Source: Eledone cirrhosa | Taxonomy: Eukaryota | Assembly: GCA_964016885.1 (NCBI GenBank) | Contig: OZ024740.1 | Coordinates: 414,966,001-415,030,000, forward strand | Length of the DNA stretch: 64,000 bases | Reading direction: 5' to 3' | Shown: positions 51,101 to 62,141 of the stretch, in pieces | Layout: every line of letters begins with the position of its first letter | Numbering within the stretch: position 1 is the first letter of the stretch | Notes under the pieces: model-generated | The model's input: the letters and a program-made list of their open reading frames with translations, nothing else | Database searches by the model: none | What the model was told of the DNA's origin: nothing | Made by a program: the position numbers and the translations under genes

Positions 51101-51553
51101 GTCCCAACGTGCATCTAGGATGTCATTCCAATCCCCCGCTAGAAACAGGGAACGCAACGTTCCCAGAAAAGTCTCCAAACGCTGGAAGAAGTCGGGCCGT
51201 TCAGCTCCGAAAGGGGAGTAGACGGCGACCAGTCTCAAGGCCGCACCTTCACTACTGCCAACGTCTAGCACCAACAACCGACCCTCCGGGTCCGAGTGAA
51301 CAACCTGTACGGCAAGACCCAGGTGTTTTTGCAGCAGTACGACAACCCCACCCCCACCTCCAGGTTGACAGAGAGATGCATGCACCTCAAAGTCATCGAA
51401 GGTAGGGGTCAGCTGCCGCACGACGCTGATCCGAGTCTCACAGATAACCATTACATTTATACCACATGACCTGAGGTCATTTAGAAGCTTTGCTTGCTTC
51501 CAAGTTGAGCCCAGGCCACGTGCATTCAAACATCCTACTCTTAACACATCCAT
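48118..51553 (-). pseudogene. L1/Tx1 ORF2 (APE-RT-CCHC) with one frameshift near 51075
   Basis: LNARGL, ICET, GDWN; then YLDRF, TDH, PGYWKLN, KSPGLDG, FRPITLLN, DQSKAFDRV, IRQGCPLS, AYADD. Confidence 0.92.
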
Positions 51554-51586
51554 CTGGGCGGCAGAGCCAAAGGAGAGTGTAGAGAC

Positions 51587-53530
51587 CTACCTTTCTGCCT
51601 CCCGGGGTTCGGGTCGCACGACTTCCATGGGGTCGGGGGTGTTGGGTGAAGGGGTGTCTTGTGGTGGTGTGGGGTCGTCAGTGTGTGGTGGGGTTGGGGT
51701 GTTTGGAGTTGTGTTGGGGAGGGGAAGGGGAGGGGGAAAGCTTTTTAGTAGGACGCGGTTTATGGGTTTGACAGAGGGTGGTCCTACGTCCTCCTTAAAA
51801 TCCTTTTTTTAGTTTTTGGTAGAGGTTCATTGGGATCTTTATTAATTTTAAATGTGGGTAGTTTTCTGAAGAAACAAAGTTTACACCTTCGGTTTGTACC
51901 GAAGGATTATTGTTTATGAGTTCATTTAATTTATTATTGTTTCTGTTGATGTAAGTATAGTGTAATGTCTTTTTTTCGGATGGTGTGAGTGTTTCGAAGA
52001 GGGGAGGGGCAGGTTTGGTTTTGTTTATTGCTGGAGGGGTGTTTTGTGTTTTGTTGGATTGTGTTGACATTTGGGTGGGGGTTGTTTAGCCTTGTGTGTT
52101 TTGCACATGTTTTCTTTTTTTCCTTTTAATCTGTCTGAAGGACTCCGTTTCTTCCTCCGAATTCGTTGGGTTATCTTCAGTGTTGGAGGGAAGAGGTATG
52201 TTTGCTGGTAATGTTTCCGTGTTGGTTTTCTTTGTGGGGGAGATGGATGTCACTATGTTAGACTGTGTTGTGTGTTGTGGCTGCGGTGGTTGTGTTGTTT
52301 TATTGAGTGAGGGGTTGGGTGGGCCTGTATTTTGTTTTGGGGTAATGTGTTGTGACTGTTTGTGTTGTGGTGGTGGTGTAGTTTTACTGATGGACGGGTT
52401 GGGTGGGACTGAGTTTTGTTGTTTGTTTATCTGTTGTGGTGGTGGTGGTGGGGCTGGTGTTGGTAGCAGGGTTTTCTTTTTGTTGAGTTGGGGACAAGTG
52501 CCTTCAGGTGCCCTCTGCCTGCACAGATATGACAGGACGGCCTTCTCCCCTCCACGCTAATGTTTATATACCCGTGGCCCTCTAATAGGATTCTGTCGGG
52601 TATTTGGGCGATGCGTTCAGGCTTCATTTGCACTACAAGCTCTATACCTGTTCCACTGAACGCATTGCCTGTGGTTTTCCCAATGGAAATCACGTTGTCA
52701 TTCGCTGGATCGATGAAGCCAGCTATGAGCCAGCAGTAATCCACATCTGGCATCATTGCATCCAGCCATATGCGTTGAGTTCTTTTACCCATATAAGATG
52801 GATAAAAGGTAAAATTTTTCGAACGAATCGGTGACAAAGCACATTTTTTTGCCGCCGATTCGTTCTTCATAATAATCGCTAGGCTTCCATACAGTCTGTC
52901 TTTTCTTATGAAAGTGGTTTCATTGAGTACTTCTGTAAGTACTGTTTTGATATCTGTTTGAGTTGGCTGTTCAGGTTTTTTAGAAGTGTTGTTGATGGTG
53001 CGGAACACGACCGTTCGACTTTCAATGTCTTTGGTGAGTTCTTGAGGCATTTTTACCGATAAAATACCATTCTCTCCTTCACTTATGTATTGTTTGGCGT
53101 CTGTGATTCTTTGTGCCACATCTGAAATATTTTCAGGTATATATGTCAAAGATTTCTTTGTTGTTTGTGCAAATGAAATCTTGTTGGTGTTGACTTTGTC
53201 GTCTGCTTTGCTTTCTGTTATGATGTTGTTTTCAAATGTTATTTTTGTGTTTGTTGTGTCTTTGTTTGTGGTATTAATATTGTCATGCAATTTCTCAAAT
53301 TTTTTTTTTCCGTTGTTGGAATCCATGTCCAGATTTGTGTTTTCGTCATTTTTCTCCGCAGATTCGTCTGTTTTTATTTTATTTTTTCCTTCCTTCTCTA
53401 TGACGTTAGTTGGGAAGGAAGGGGGGACTAAAGCGTGCGAGCTTACAACTCTTACCGCTGTCCCCCCACCACTATTTTCGTTAGCTTCGTTTAACATTTC
53501 TGTCAGACGATTGAAATTTTTTTTTGCCAC
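51587..53530 (-). pseudogene. L1/Tx1 ORF1 (gag-like), frameshifted
   Basis: 367-aa ORF ending at the zinc knuckle, continuing in other frames through Pro/Thr/Gln-rich sequence to TAG at 51587-51589. Confidence 0.7.
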
Positions 53531-53732
53531 AAAATTTTAAAAAACAGGTTTTTCACCCCTAGGAGGGGTAAAGATGAGCTGACCCACCGCCTGACAGTTC
53601 AGACGGGGGGTCAAGCTACACAATAGTATCAAAATTAAATTTGAACTTACAAAATTTCCGCAATAAATTTGAACAAAACTTCTGCGCGAAGTGAATTACA
53701 TCTACGCTGTAGAACAGACGACAGCTAGATTC

Positions 53733-53766
<34 letters not shown>

Positions 53767-53916
53767 CACGGGTGTGTATGATTGTGTATAGAAGATTATA
53801 TTAATAAGAGGAATTCCAACTTTGTCTGATTTACTCGTTTTATTTACAATCCTTTAAAATTTATAATGGTATTATAATGAAATAGTATGATAGAATATTA
53901 AATTCTAAGAGTTAAT

Positions 53917-53955
53917 TGAACAAGTACTTTCATGCTTTCGCAATCTTCAGGTTCA
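53917..53955 (-). ncRNA. Minimal type I hammerhead ribozyme (mirror copy)
   Basis: Exact reverse complement of 54029-54067. Confidence 0.8.
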
Positions 53956-54028
53956 TAATATGTGGTGACAGTCAAGTTTGCAATTTTCAACTGTTGAAAA
54001 TTGCAAACTTGACTGTCACCATATATTA

Positions 54029-54067
54029 TGAACCTGAAGATTGCGAAAGCATGAAAGTACTTGTTCA
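54029..54067 (+). ncRNA. Minimal type I hammerhead ribozyme
   Basis: TGAAC-CTGAAGA-T-TGC(GAAA)GCA-T-GAAA-GTAC-TT-GTTCA: 5-bp stem I, GNRA-capped stem II, palindromic AAGTACTT stem III. Confidence 0.82.
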
Positions 54068-54179
54068 ATTAACACTTAGAATTTAATATTCTATCATACT
54101 ATTTCATTATAATACCATTATAAATTTTAAAGGATTGTAAATAAAACGAGTAAATCAGACAAAGTTGGAATTCCTCTTA

Positions 54180-54260
<81 letters not shown>

Positions 54261-54415
54261 TATTAGTATTGGTGCTTTGAGATAGCGATGTATACATGAC
54301 TGTATGTATAGTATATTTGGCAATATACCGTATGTTTAATTAAAAATATTTAGAAGACCATTCACTATCAGTTTTAAAGTAGTGATTATGTGACTTATTT
54401 ATATTTTCGGCAAAC

Positions 54416-54514
54416 GCTGGGAGAATGGCTGACAGCTGTTTCTCGCTGCTCGGTGAGTGCGTGGCTTTGATAAACGCCAAGCAGTGAGAAACAGCTGTCA
54501 GCCATTCTTCCAGC
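54416..54514 (+). ncRNA. Hairpin containing a degenerate hammerhead
   Basis: GTGGCT-TTGATAA-..-GAAA-CAGCTG-TC-AGCCAT; core mutated; preceded by an inverted copy of its own 3' half. Confidence 0.45.
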
Positions 54515-54523
54515 CTTATATAT

Positions 54524-54624
54524 ATATTTAATATAGAAATGGTTTCTACAGCCCAGGGCATCCTGATGATTTCTCCTGAATGAAACACTTCTAGTCCTGA
54601 AGAAGCCATTTCTATATTAAATAT
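54524..54624 (+). ncRNA. Hairpin enclosing hammerhead core motifs
   Basis: 24-bp outer stem; CTGATGA (54563-54569) and GAAAC (54582-54586); stems I and III ambiguous. Confidence 0.4.
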
Positions 54625-54690
54625 TTATACTCTGCTATGTATTGAGTACTTTACTTACTATGGTTACCCCCGATTGAACCCGGGATGAAG

Positions 54691-54832
<142 letters not shown>

Positions 54833-54904
54833 GTGTGCGTGTATGTGTGTATGTGTGTGCACGTGTGTGTGTGTGTGTGTGCGTGTGTGCATGTGTGTGT
54901 GTCT

Positions 54905-55390
54905 GCCTGTTAGATGTGTAACTACAGGAGGTGCGCCGTTCGAAGCACTCAATGCTGTTACGAGGTACGTCTCATGTTATATCACAAGTACAAGAAGGAT
55001 GACATCTACCGCTGCGGTGACCTCAAACAGGAAGGATCTGTATTCGTACTCCTTGTTTGGTGCATAAACTTGCACCACCCACAGAGACATATTTTCAGGG
55101 GTCAAATTGTCGCTCGTGATGGGACCCAGTCCATAACAGTCTGACAGCCGAGGGGTTGTGAGTATCCCACCCCCACCTGTGATGTCATTTCTGGTGCCTC
55201 ACCTAAATAGTAGAGTTTCCATCCGCCATCCAAATCTACAGTACAAGAGCCACAGTATTTTGATGAGGAATCCCCGACTATATCTAGCTGGTAGCATCTA
55301 ACCTCCTCCACTAGCTCCTCCTCTTTAACTGTAAGGATTCTGATGTTTCAGCTTCCAATTGTCAAGGTTTCCTCTCTTTCGGTCTCACCA
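54905..55390 (-). mobile_element. Decayed RTE-like AP-endonuclease fragment
   Basis: EEVRCYQLDIVG..DLDGGWKLYYLG..GVG. Confidence 0.6.
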
Positions 55391-55627
55391 TAGCTACATT
55401 ATTGGGTTGTGAGAGTTTTCTTGGGAGCTAACTGTGTCACCCTTTACTCCATCTCCCCAAGTAATTTACCAGTGTTGTGTAGGGGTTGTTTATTCGTCTG
55501 GCAGATGCCAGCTTATATCGCAACTTACCATCATTTCTGGTGGCCACCTTCGACACATTCTATTACAGAACAACTCTGTCGAAAACACACACACACACAC
55601 ACATACACACACAAATTTATATATATA

Positions 55628-55908
55628 CATACGATGTAAAGCTATGTTGGTACCACAACATCCAGTCCTAAATAAATGAGGTCGTGTAGGTGTCACGACA
55701 AAAAAAAACACACAGTCCACGCTGTAATGTGGCCGTGTAGGTAACACGGTAAAAACCTTCCAGTCCACACTGTAAACGTGGTTGGTGTTGGGAAGGGCAT
55801 CCAGCCGTAGAAAACCCGCCAGACAACCAATCTTGCCTCAAGTGGGACAATTCCCGTCCAGACCCATGCTAGCGTGGAAAATGGACGTTAAACGATGATG
55901 ATGATGAT
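55628..55908 (+). mobile_element. RTE family A 3' UTR fragment
   Basis: Reverse complement of about 16360-16650. Confidence 0.88.
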
Positions 55909-55916
55909 ATGTGTGT

Positions 55917-55955
<39 letters not shown>

Positions 55956-55978
55956 GGTGTGACTGTATGTTTTGTAGG

Positions 55979-56009
<31 letters not shown>

Positions 56010-56039
56010 GTGTGTGTGTGTTGGTGTGACTGTATGTTT

Positions 56040-56070
<31 letters not shown>

Positions 56071-56267
56071 TTTCAATCACATATATTTTTGTTGTTTGAC
56101 CCGAATTGCTTGGTCGTTTTTTTGGCTGTGCGGATGATTAGTTTAACCACCATCTCAGTGTGTTTGGCCTATGTTGTAGCTCTGATTCCTATGAATCATT
56201 GAGCGCTTGCCACACATCTCGGAAGTTGTTTTTCGTTAATTCCTGAGCTGAAATTCGATTCTCGCTA

Positions 56268-56396
<129 letters not shown>

Positions 56397-56959
56397 GGTG
56401 TGACTGTATGTTTTGTAGGTATATATATAGGGAGAGAGAGAGATATGAAATCGCTCAATAAACAATTACAGAATACGTAAATTACAATAACAAAAATAAT
56501 TAATTGCAATAATTTGTATTCAATTTCGTGGTATTTTCCTTGTTCAGACAAATACGCGCCTTTTACCCATGAAACCAATCTGAAAAAGACCAAAATTCCG
56601 ATAAATAATAGCATGTATATTAATGAATTAATAATAGTTTAATATTATTTAAAATAAAGTACCAGTAATACACTGGATAATTGCTGGCCTTGTGCCCAAA
56701 GTAGAAACAATTATGAAGGCGCGACGTCATATCTATGTATCTATCTAAAAAGAGAAAGACTAAGAGAAAGAGAAAGACATCGCTAAATCGCCTAATGCAG
56801 TCCCTAGGGCATTGAAAATTTGAAATTTCTTTTGCTCAGAACACTCAATAGGACCATAAGTATTACATGTGTAAAGTTTGAAAAAAAAAACGGTTGGGTA
56901 GTTCTCGAGTTTTAGGGAAACATATACACAGACATTCTTTGTTTTATATATAGAGATTT

Positions 56960-59125
56960 ATTGCTGGGGTTTTGTACTCTCCCCTCTATCATATATGTGG
57001 TACTTTTATAGACTAAATTCAATGTGTTTACAATTATACAGTAGTCAATGTTAAGATTGCAGAGAAATTACTATGATTTCTACAGCATTAGTTAGTAGTT
57101 ATATCTCTTTTGTTGCGGTTGGGGTTATGTTATGGTTATTGCTGGGACATGGGAGGATTTAGAGCGGCCCTAGGTTTACTGGTTTATGGTTAGTGTTAAT
57201 GTTTGCCTGGATTTGTATTTAGGGGTTAGCTGTTTACTGCTAGGCTTTAGTGCTCCCGCATATATAATAGATATGGTATTTTACAGCGATCGTGTGTGTG
57301 TGTGTACACGTAAATACAAAAGCTATTTTGTTCATAAATCCAGCCAATTAACATTAGGACGGGAGGTTATCTCTTAAAACAGTTAAAAAACTGTAGGATT
57401 TCTCTCCATTTCATTTAAATATATTTGTTATTCATAAATTTGATTTCATACATTGGCAATTATAGATGTTATGGTTAGTGCTAGGACAGCAGATGGCTTT
57501 AGGAGTTAGTTTAAACTTAAGGTTATGGTCTGTTTTGGTTTGCTGTTAAGGTTAGAATTAGCCTGACACAGAATTTGATTTGATACATGGGCAATTATAT
57601 ATGTTATGTTTATTTCTAGGACATTGGGGGCTGTTCGAGCTTAGGTTTTCTGGTTTAAAATTAGGCTTAATGTTCATAGTCATGGTTAGGGTTTACGGTT
57701 AGCATTAGTGTTTGTTGGGTTTGAAATTAGGGGTTAGCTGTTAAGTTTAAAGTCAATATTTAGTGCTAAGCTTTTGTGCTCCACCTTCTATTGTGTAAAT
57801 AGTACGTTTATAGACTAAATTTAATTTAATGTGTCTGTATTTAAGTTAGTGTTGAGGGTGCAGAACAATCAGTTGTATGTTATCCGCTTCATTAATTAGT
57901 AGTTATATACCTTTCATTAGAATTTCGGGTACTCTTGTGTGTGTGTATGTATACAAAACTGTTTTAAAAAGATCATAGAAATTAACGGTTAAAGGGAGAT
58001 TACTGATATAATTTTTAGATGCAAGCTTTTAGAGTTATCTTCCTTGCGTGTGGGATATAAAAATATGGAACATATTTGTTGATATTAAATTTTTGGCAGT
58101 ATCGGTAGAGGGTCGGACGCTATGCTTTGACGTATAGAGTTACGGCCCTTGACATTCTGAGTTCAAATCCCGCCGAGGTTAACTTTGCCTTTCATCCTTA
58201 CGGGGTCGATAAAATAAAGTACCAGTAATACACTGGGTAATTGCTGGCCTTGTGCCTAACGTAGAAAGAATTAAATTTAATTTAATATTTATTTGACGCA
58301 TGGGACAATGATATATTTTATGAATATTGCTAGGGTATCGGCAGAATTTAGGGCTTAGGGAGCTGGTTTAGTCTTAATGTTCATGGAAAGTTCAAGCTTA
58401 GCTTCAGAGTTTGTTGGGGTATGAATTTAGGGGTTAGCAATTACGTTCAGTGAATATTTACTGCTGGGCCTTAGTGCTTCCCCCCTCCTATTATAAATAT
58501 GGTATTTTAATAAACAAACTTTAAATCAATCCGTTTGTATTTATATAGACGTGAGTGTTAAGACTATGTCAATTAATGATTTATCTGCTGTATTAGTAGT
58601 TCTATCACTTTTATTAAGATTGGGGTTAGGACTGGGGTTATGTTATGGTTATTGATAGGACATCGGAGGATTTTAGGGTGGGCTTAGGTTTGTTATTTAA
58701 AGTTAGTCCTCATGTTCAGGGACATGTTTAGGGTATAAGCTTAGTGTTAGTGTTAGTTGGGTTTCAATTTAGTGTTTAACTCTGAAGTTTAGTCACTATT
58801 TATTTTAGGTTTTTGTACTCTCCCCTCTATTATAAATGTAGAGTTTTATAGACTAAATTCAATGTGTTTGCAATTATACAGTAATCAATGTTAAGATTGT
58901 ATAGAAATTATTATGATTTCTACTGCATTAGTTAGTAGTTATATCTCTTTTGTGGAAGTTGTGGTTATGTTATGTTAATTGCTAGGAGATCGGAGGATTT
59001 TAGGTCCTAGGTTTACTGGTTTATGGTTAGTGTTAATGTTTGCCAGGGTTTACATTTACTGTTTACTGCTAGGTTTTAGTGCTCCCCTTTCTATAATAAA
59101 TACGATATTTTTACAAAGATAGTGT
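56960..59125. repeat. Degenerate satellite-like array rich in GGTTAG/TTAGGG motifs, interrupted by a SINE
   Basis: Recurring TTTTGTACTCTCCCCTCTAT..TTTATAGACTAAATT block (56970, 57772, 58470, 58811); 56970-57300 closely matches 58811-59125. Confidence 0.75.
58094..58272 (+). mobile_element. tRNA-derived SINE
   Basis: Consensus A-box, B-box and body. Confidence 0.9.
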
Positions 59126-60119
59126 GTGTCACTCCAATGTGGACTATCCCCACTGCCCCCCACCTAGTTATACTACTGACCATACAGTATTCCATTAAAG
59201 GCGAGCATGCTATCTGAGCTTTCTAGAGATTTAACACTTTTTAGGAAGTGATGTATTTTCTGACTCTAAAGAGAAATATCAATCTTTGGAATGTAGTTTT
59301 CCACTGTTAAAATTGCAGGAGGTGTCATAATAACATACAGCATGTCTTGGGCATTTTAAAGCATAGCAGAGCCCATCTTCTGTTCGAGTTTGATCACAGC
59401 AGATTTCTTCCAGGGAAGGATAAAGAATGAGAAGGATAGAAAGTGAGACAAAGGAAGTGAGAAAGAAATATAGAAGAAGAATTGACCCCAGTACTAGACT
59501 GGTATTTTTCTGTCACACTCGATGGGATTTGAACTCAGACAGCAGAAAACCAGAAGGAATACTGCAAACAATTCTATCTTATATTCTAATGACTCTACCA
59601 CAATTTGCTGCCTTAGATGTGAGATTACCAGGAGAGATTATCTGTGATTATGATGTATTTGTATAAGGGTTGTTGTTCAGGTCTGGTTGGAATACAAAAA
59701 CATTTCCTTGATGTGACCAGTGATTGTTGTCCTTGTACTGTTGGATGAGACCAGATTGATATAACCCCATCATTGGAGAATGTCTTTGAAGAATCTCTTC
59801 CTATGAGCAGTGCAAATTTGATACATGTCTGTTGTATGTGAATGATGCTTGCATGTGGAAAATTTATGGAGATGTGAAGATATGTGGCACCATTTGTATA
59901 AGAGTCGATGCTGTTGGAGATGATAGCTAATAAGTCATTGAAGTGCAGAAGTAAGAGTGTATGATGAACTATTAAACAAAATAATTATCAAGGGAAGAGG
60001 GGGTACCATTTTATTCAAATTAAATGTATTTGTCATTCTTTTAAAATTGTTTGCAGACTTTATATATGGAGATACCATAATGTTTTAAGTCATTAGGCCC
60101 CTGTCTACATTATCTTTAA

Positions 60120-60335
60120 TAATGGTTTCTAATTTAGGCACAAGGCCAACAATTTTTATGGAGAGGAAAGTTGATTAAATTGAATCCAGTGCGTTACTGG
60201 TACTTTATATTATGGACTCCGTAAGGATGAAAAGTAAATCTAACCTCAGTGGGATTTGAACTCAGAATGTAAAATGACATAACTATGTGCCACAAAGCAT
60301 GTTGTCTGGCACTCTACTGGTACTACCAATCCATT
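60120..60335 (-). mobile_element. tRNA-derived SINE (older, long variant)
   Basis: GGCACAAGGCCA..CTGGTACTTTAT..GTAAGGATGAAA..GGATTTGAACTCAG. Confidence 0.8.
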
Positions 60336-62077
60336 TCCCTAATAATAACTATTATAATAATTAATGATAGCAGTTATGATCAACCATAAAACAATATCCT
60401 AAGTGCATAAGGTTGCAAAAGGACTTTATCTAGTCCTGTGTAGAAAACATAACCTTACCCTGAGGTTCACCAGAGTTGACTGAGTGTGGGTGAGAGAGTG
60501 AGGGGGTGGGGCACCATTAACTGATGTTGCAATAGGGCTATTGGACATATAAGTTCCAATCCAAACGTTTATTATGTTGGACACAATTGAATATTTTACT
60601 GATGTCAAGTGCTGCCACATTATTTTCATCAAATTTCTGTAGAGAGAGGACCTATTGGTGAGTGTCACAGACCTGGAGTCCAGTAGATTTGGCTTTTCAG
60701 AAGTGGAAGGTCATGTTGGTAGTCATTGATGCTGGGGAGGGATTAAAAATATTGGTGAAGGCTAATGATTCTCTATTACCTAATTGGTGGTAGTGGGGAG
60801 ACATACTGGTGTAGAGTGATGTACACATAGGAGAGAGAGAGAGAGAATTTTATGTTAGAGTGATATATTGACATGACAGAAACATTAGACTGTAGAAAAA
60901 TATATCATGAATTTTATCCTGAATATAATAAATATTGAAAAATGAGAGGTATTTCTTGAGAGTAGTGGAGTAAACATGAGAGTAAACATGAGAGTAGTGG
61001 AGTAAACATGATTTCTAACTTCAGCACAAAGCCACAATCTTTGGAGATGAGTGCTGTAAATTGCATCAAAATCAACATTAGATTGACACTTAATTTATCT
61101 ATATTGGAAAGATAAAAGATAAAGTAGTCAACCCACAACTGGCTTTGAATTGAAAACAGAGAAATGCAATGAATTACCACAAGGTATTTGGTTCACTATT
61201 CTCCTGATTCTGCCAATTCACAAATTATTGTTATATTGGCACAAACACAATGCTCTGAAAATGTAAGGATAAACAGAAACATAATTTAACCATTTCAATT
61301 CCAACTTACCTGAGACTGCCCATGATTCTAATTGTATTATTTTAAAGTTATAAACTTCCTTAAAGATTTCATGAAAGAACTTTTTAAGTTATTTGCCAAA
61401 CACAAGTTTACTAATAGTAAAGTTACTTATTTTACTAAATCTATCTAAAGTTATGGTTATTTTCAAAGTTCTTTGAAATAATACATTATATTAGAAATAT
61501 GGTAATGAAATGGTTATGAAAATAAGTGTTATATAATTCTGAAATTCTGACTTTTAACAAATTATTTTACATTGGTTTTAACAATGAGTATTCCATTTTT
61601 TCTCATCAATGGAACTAGTGATTCATTGTATTATAGTGCAACTAAGATTTCCTCAGACACTTTGACCATTTATGTAACCCTCAGGCAGATTTAGGGTGAT
61701 ACTGTGTGGGACAAAGACTGATTCTTTAATTTATAGGTTAAGTCCATCCCATAGGTAATTTAATTCATTTATTTACATGCTAATACAAAGAAAATCATCT
61801 GCCCAATTTCCATCTGCCCAATTTCTTTCAGAAAGCTTGAATGAAATCAAAGCTAAACAAGAAGAAACTTGCTCTATATGTCACAAAGAAGGATCAAGCC
61901 TGGGTCATAATTGTTACAAAAATGATCTACCTGACAATTTGACCAACATTGTGCCATGTGTTGACATAAAATAGATAGGAGACTATACTATATTTTGATA
62001 TTAAATCATATAGATTAGTAGTTAGGATGTTGAACTCACAATAGTAAGGTTGTGAATTCAATTTATACACACACACA

Positions 62078-62140
<63 letters not shown>

Positions 62141-62141
<1 letters not shown>

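Larger units (their letters stand above)
47902..53730 (-). mobile_element. Full-length L1/Tx1-clade LINE inserted in a (TA)n tract
   Basis: ORF1 with zinc-knuckle remnant CHICAGRGH; ORF2 with APE, RT and C-terminal CPRC..ETVAHALVQC; A-rich 3' end; TATATATATATAGATA on both flanks. Confidence 0.92.
53797..54187. repeat. Near-perfect palindrome (~195-bp arms, centre 53992) abutting (TA)n
   Basis: Arms are reverse complements, with about two mismatches seen by eye. Confidence 0.97.

Noticed and set aside
57660-57700. AG|GCTTAATG as next exon of the peptide gene (would give FESLM)
   Set aside because: Followed by F rather than the amidation G, weak acceptor, and inside the degenerate satellite; likely chance.
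60430-60760. Apparent minus-strand exon (CTCTCTCTACAG| ... GG|GTAAGG)
   Set aside because: Translation includes ALDISKIFNCVQH, resembling a decayed LINE RT motif; more likely an old retroelement relic.
61777-61974. 65-aa ORF with CSICH motif
   Set aside because: No splice or domain support; possibly a decayed repeat.
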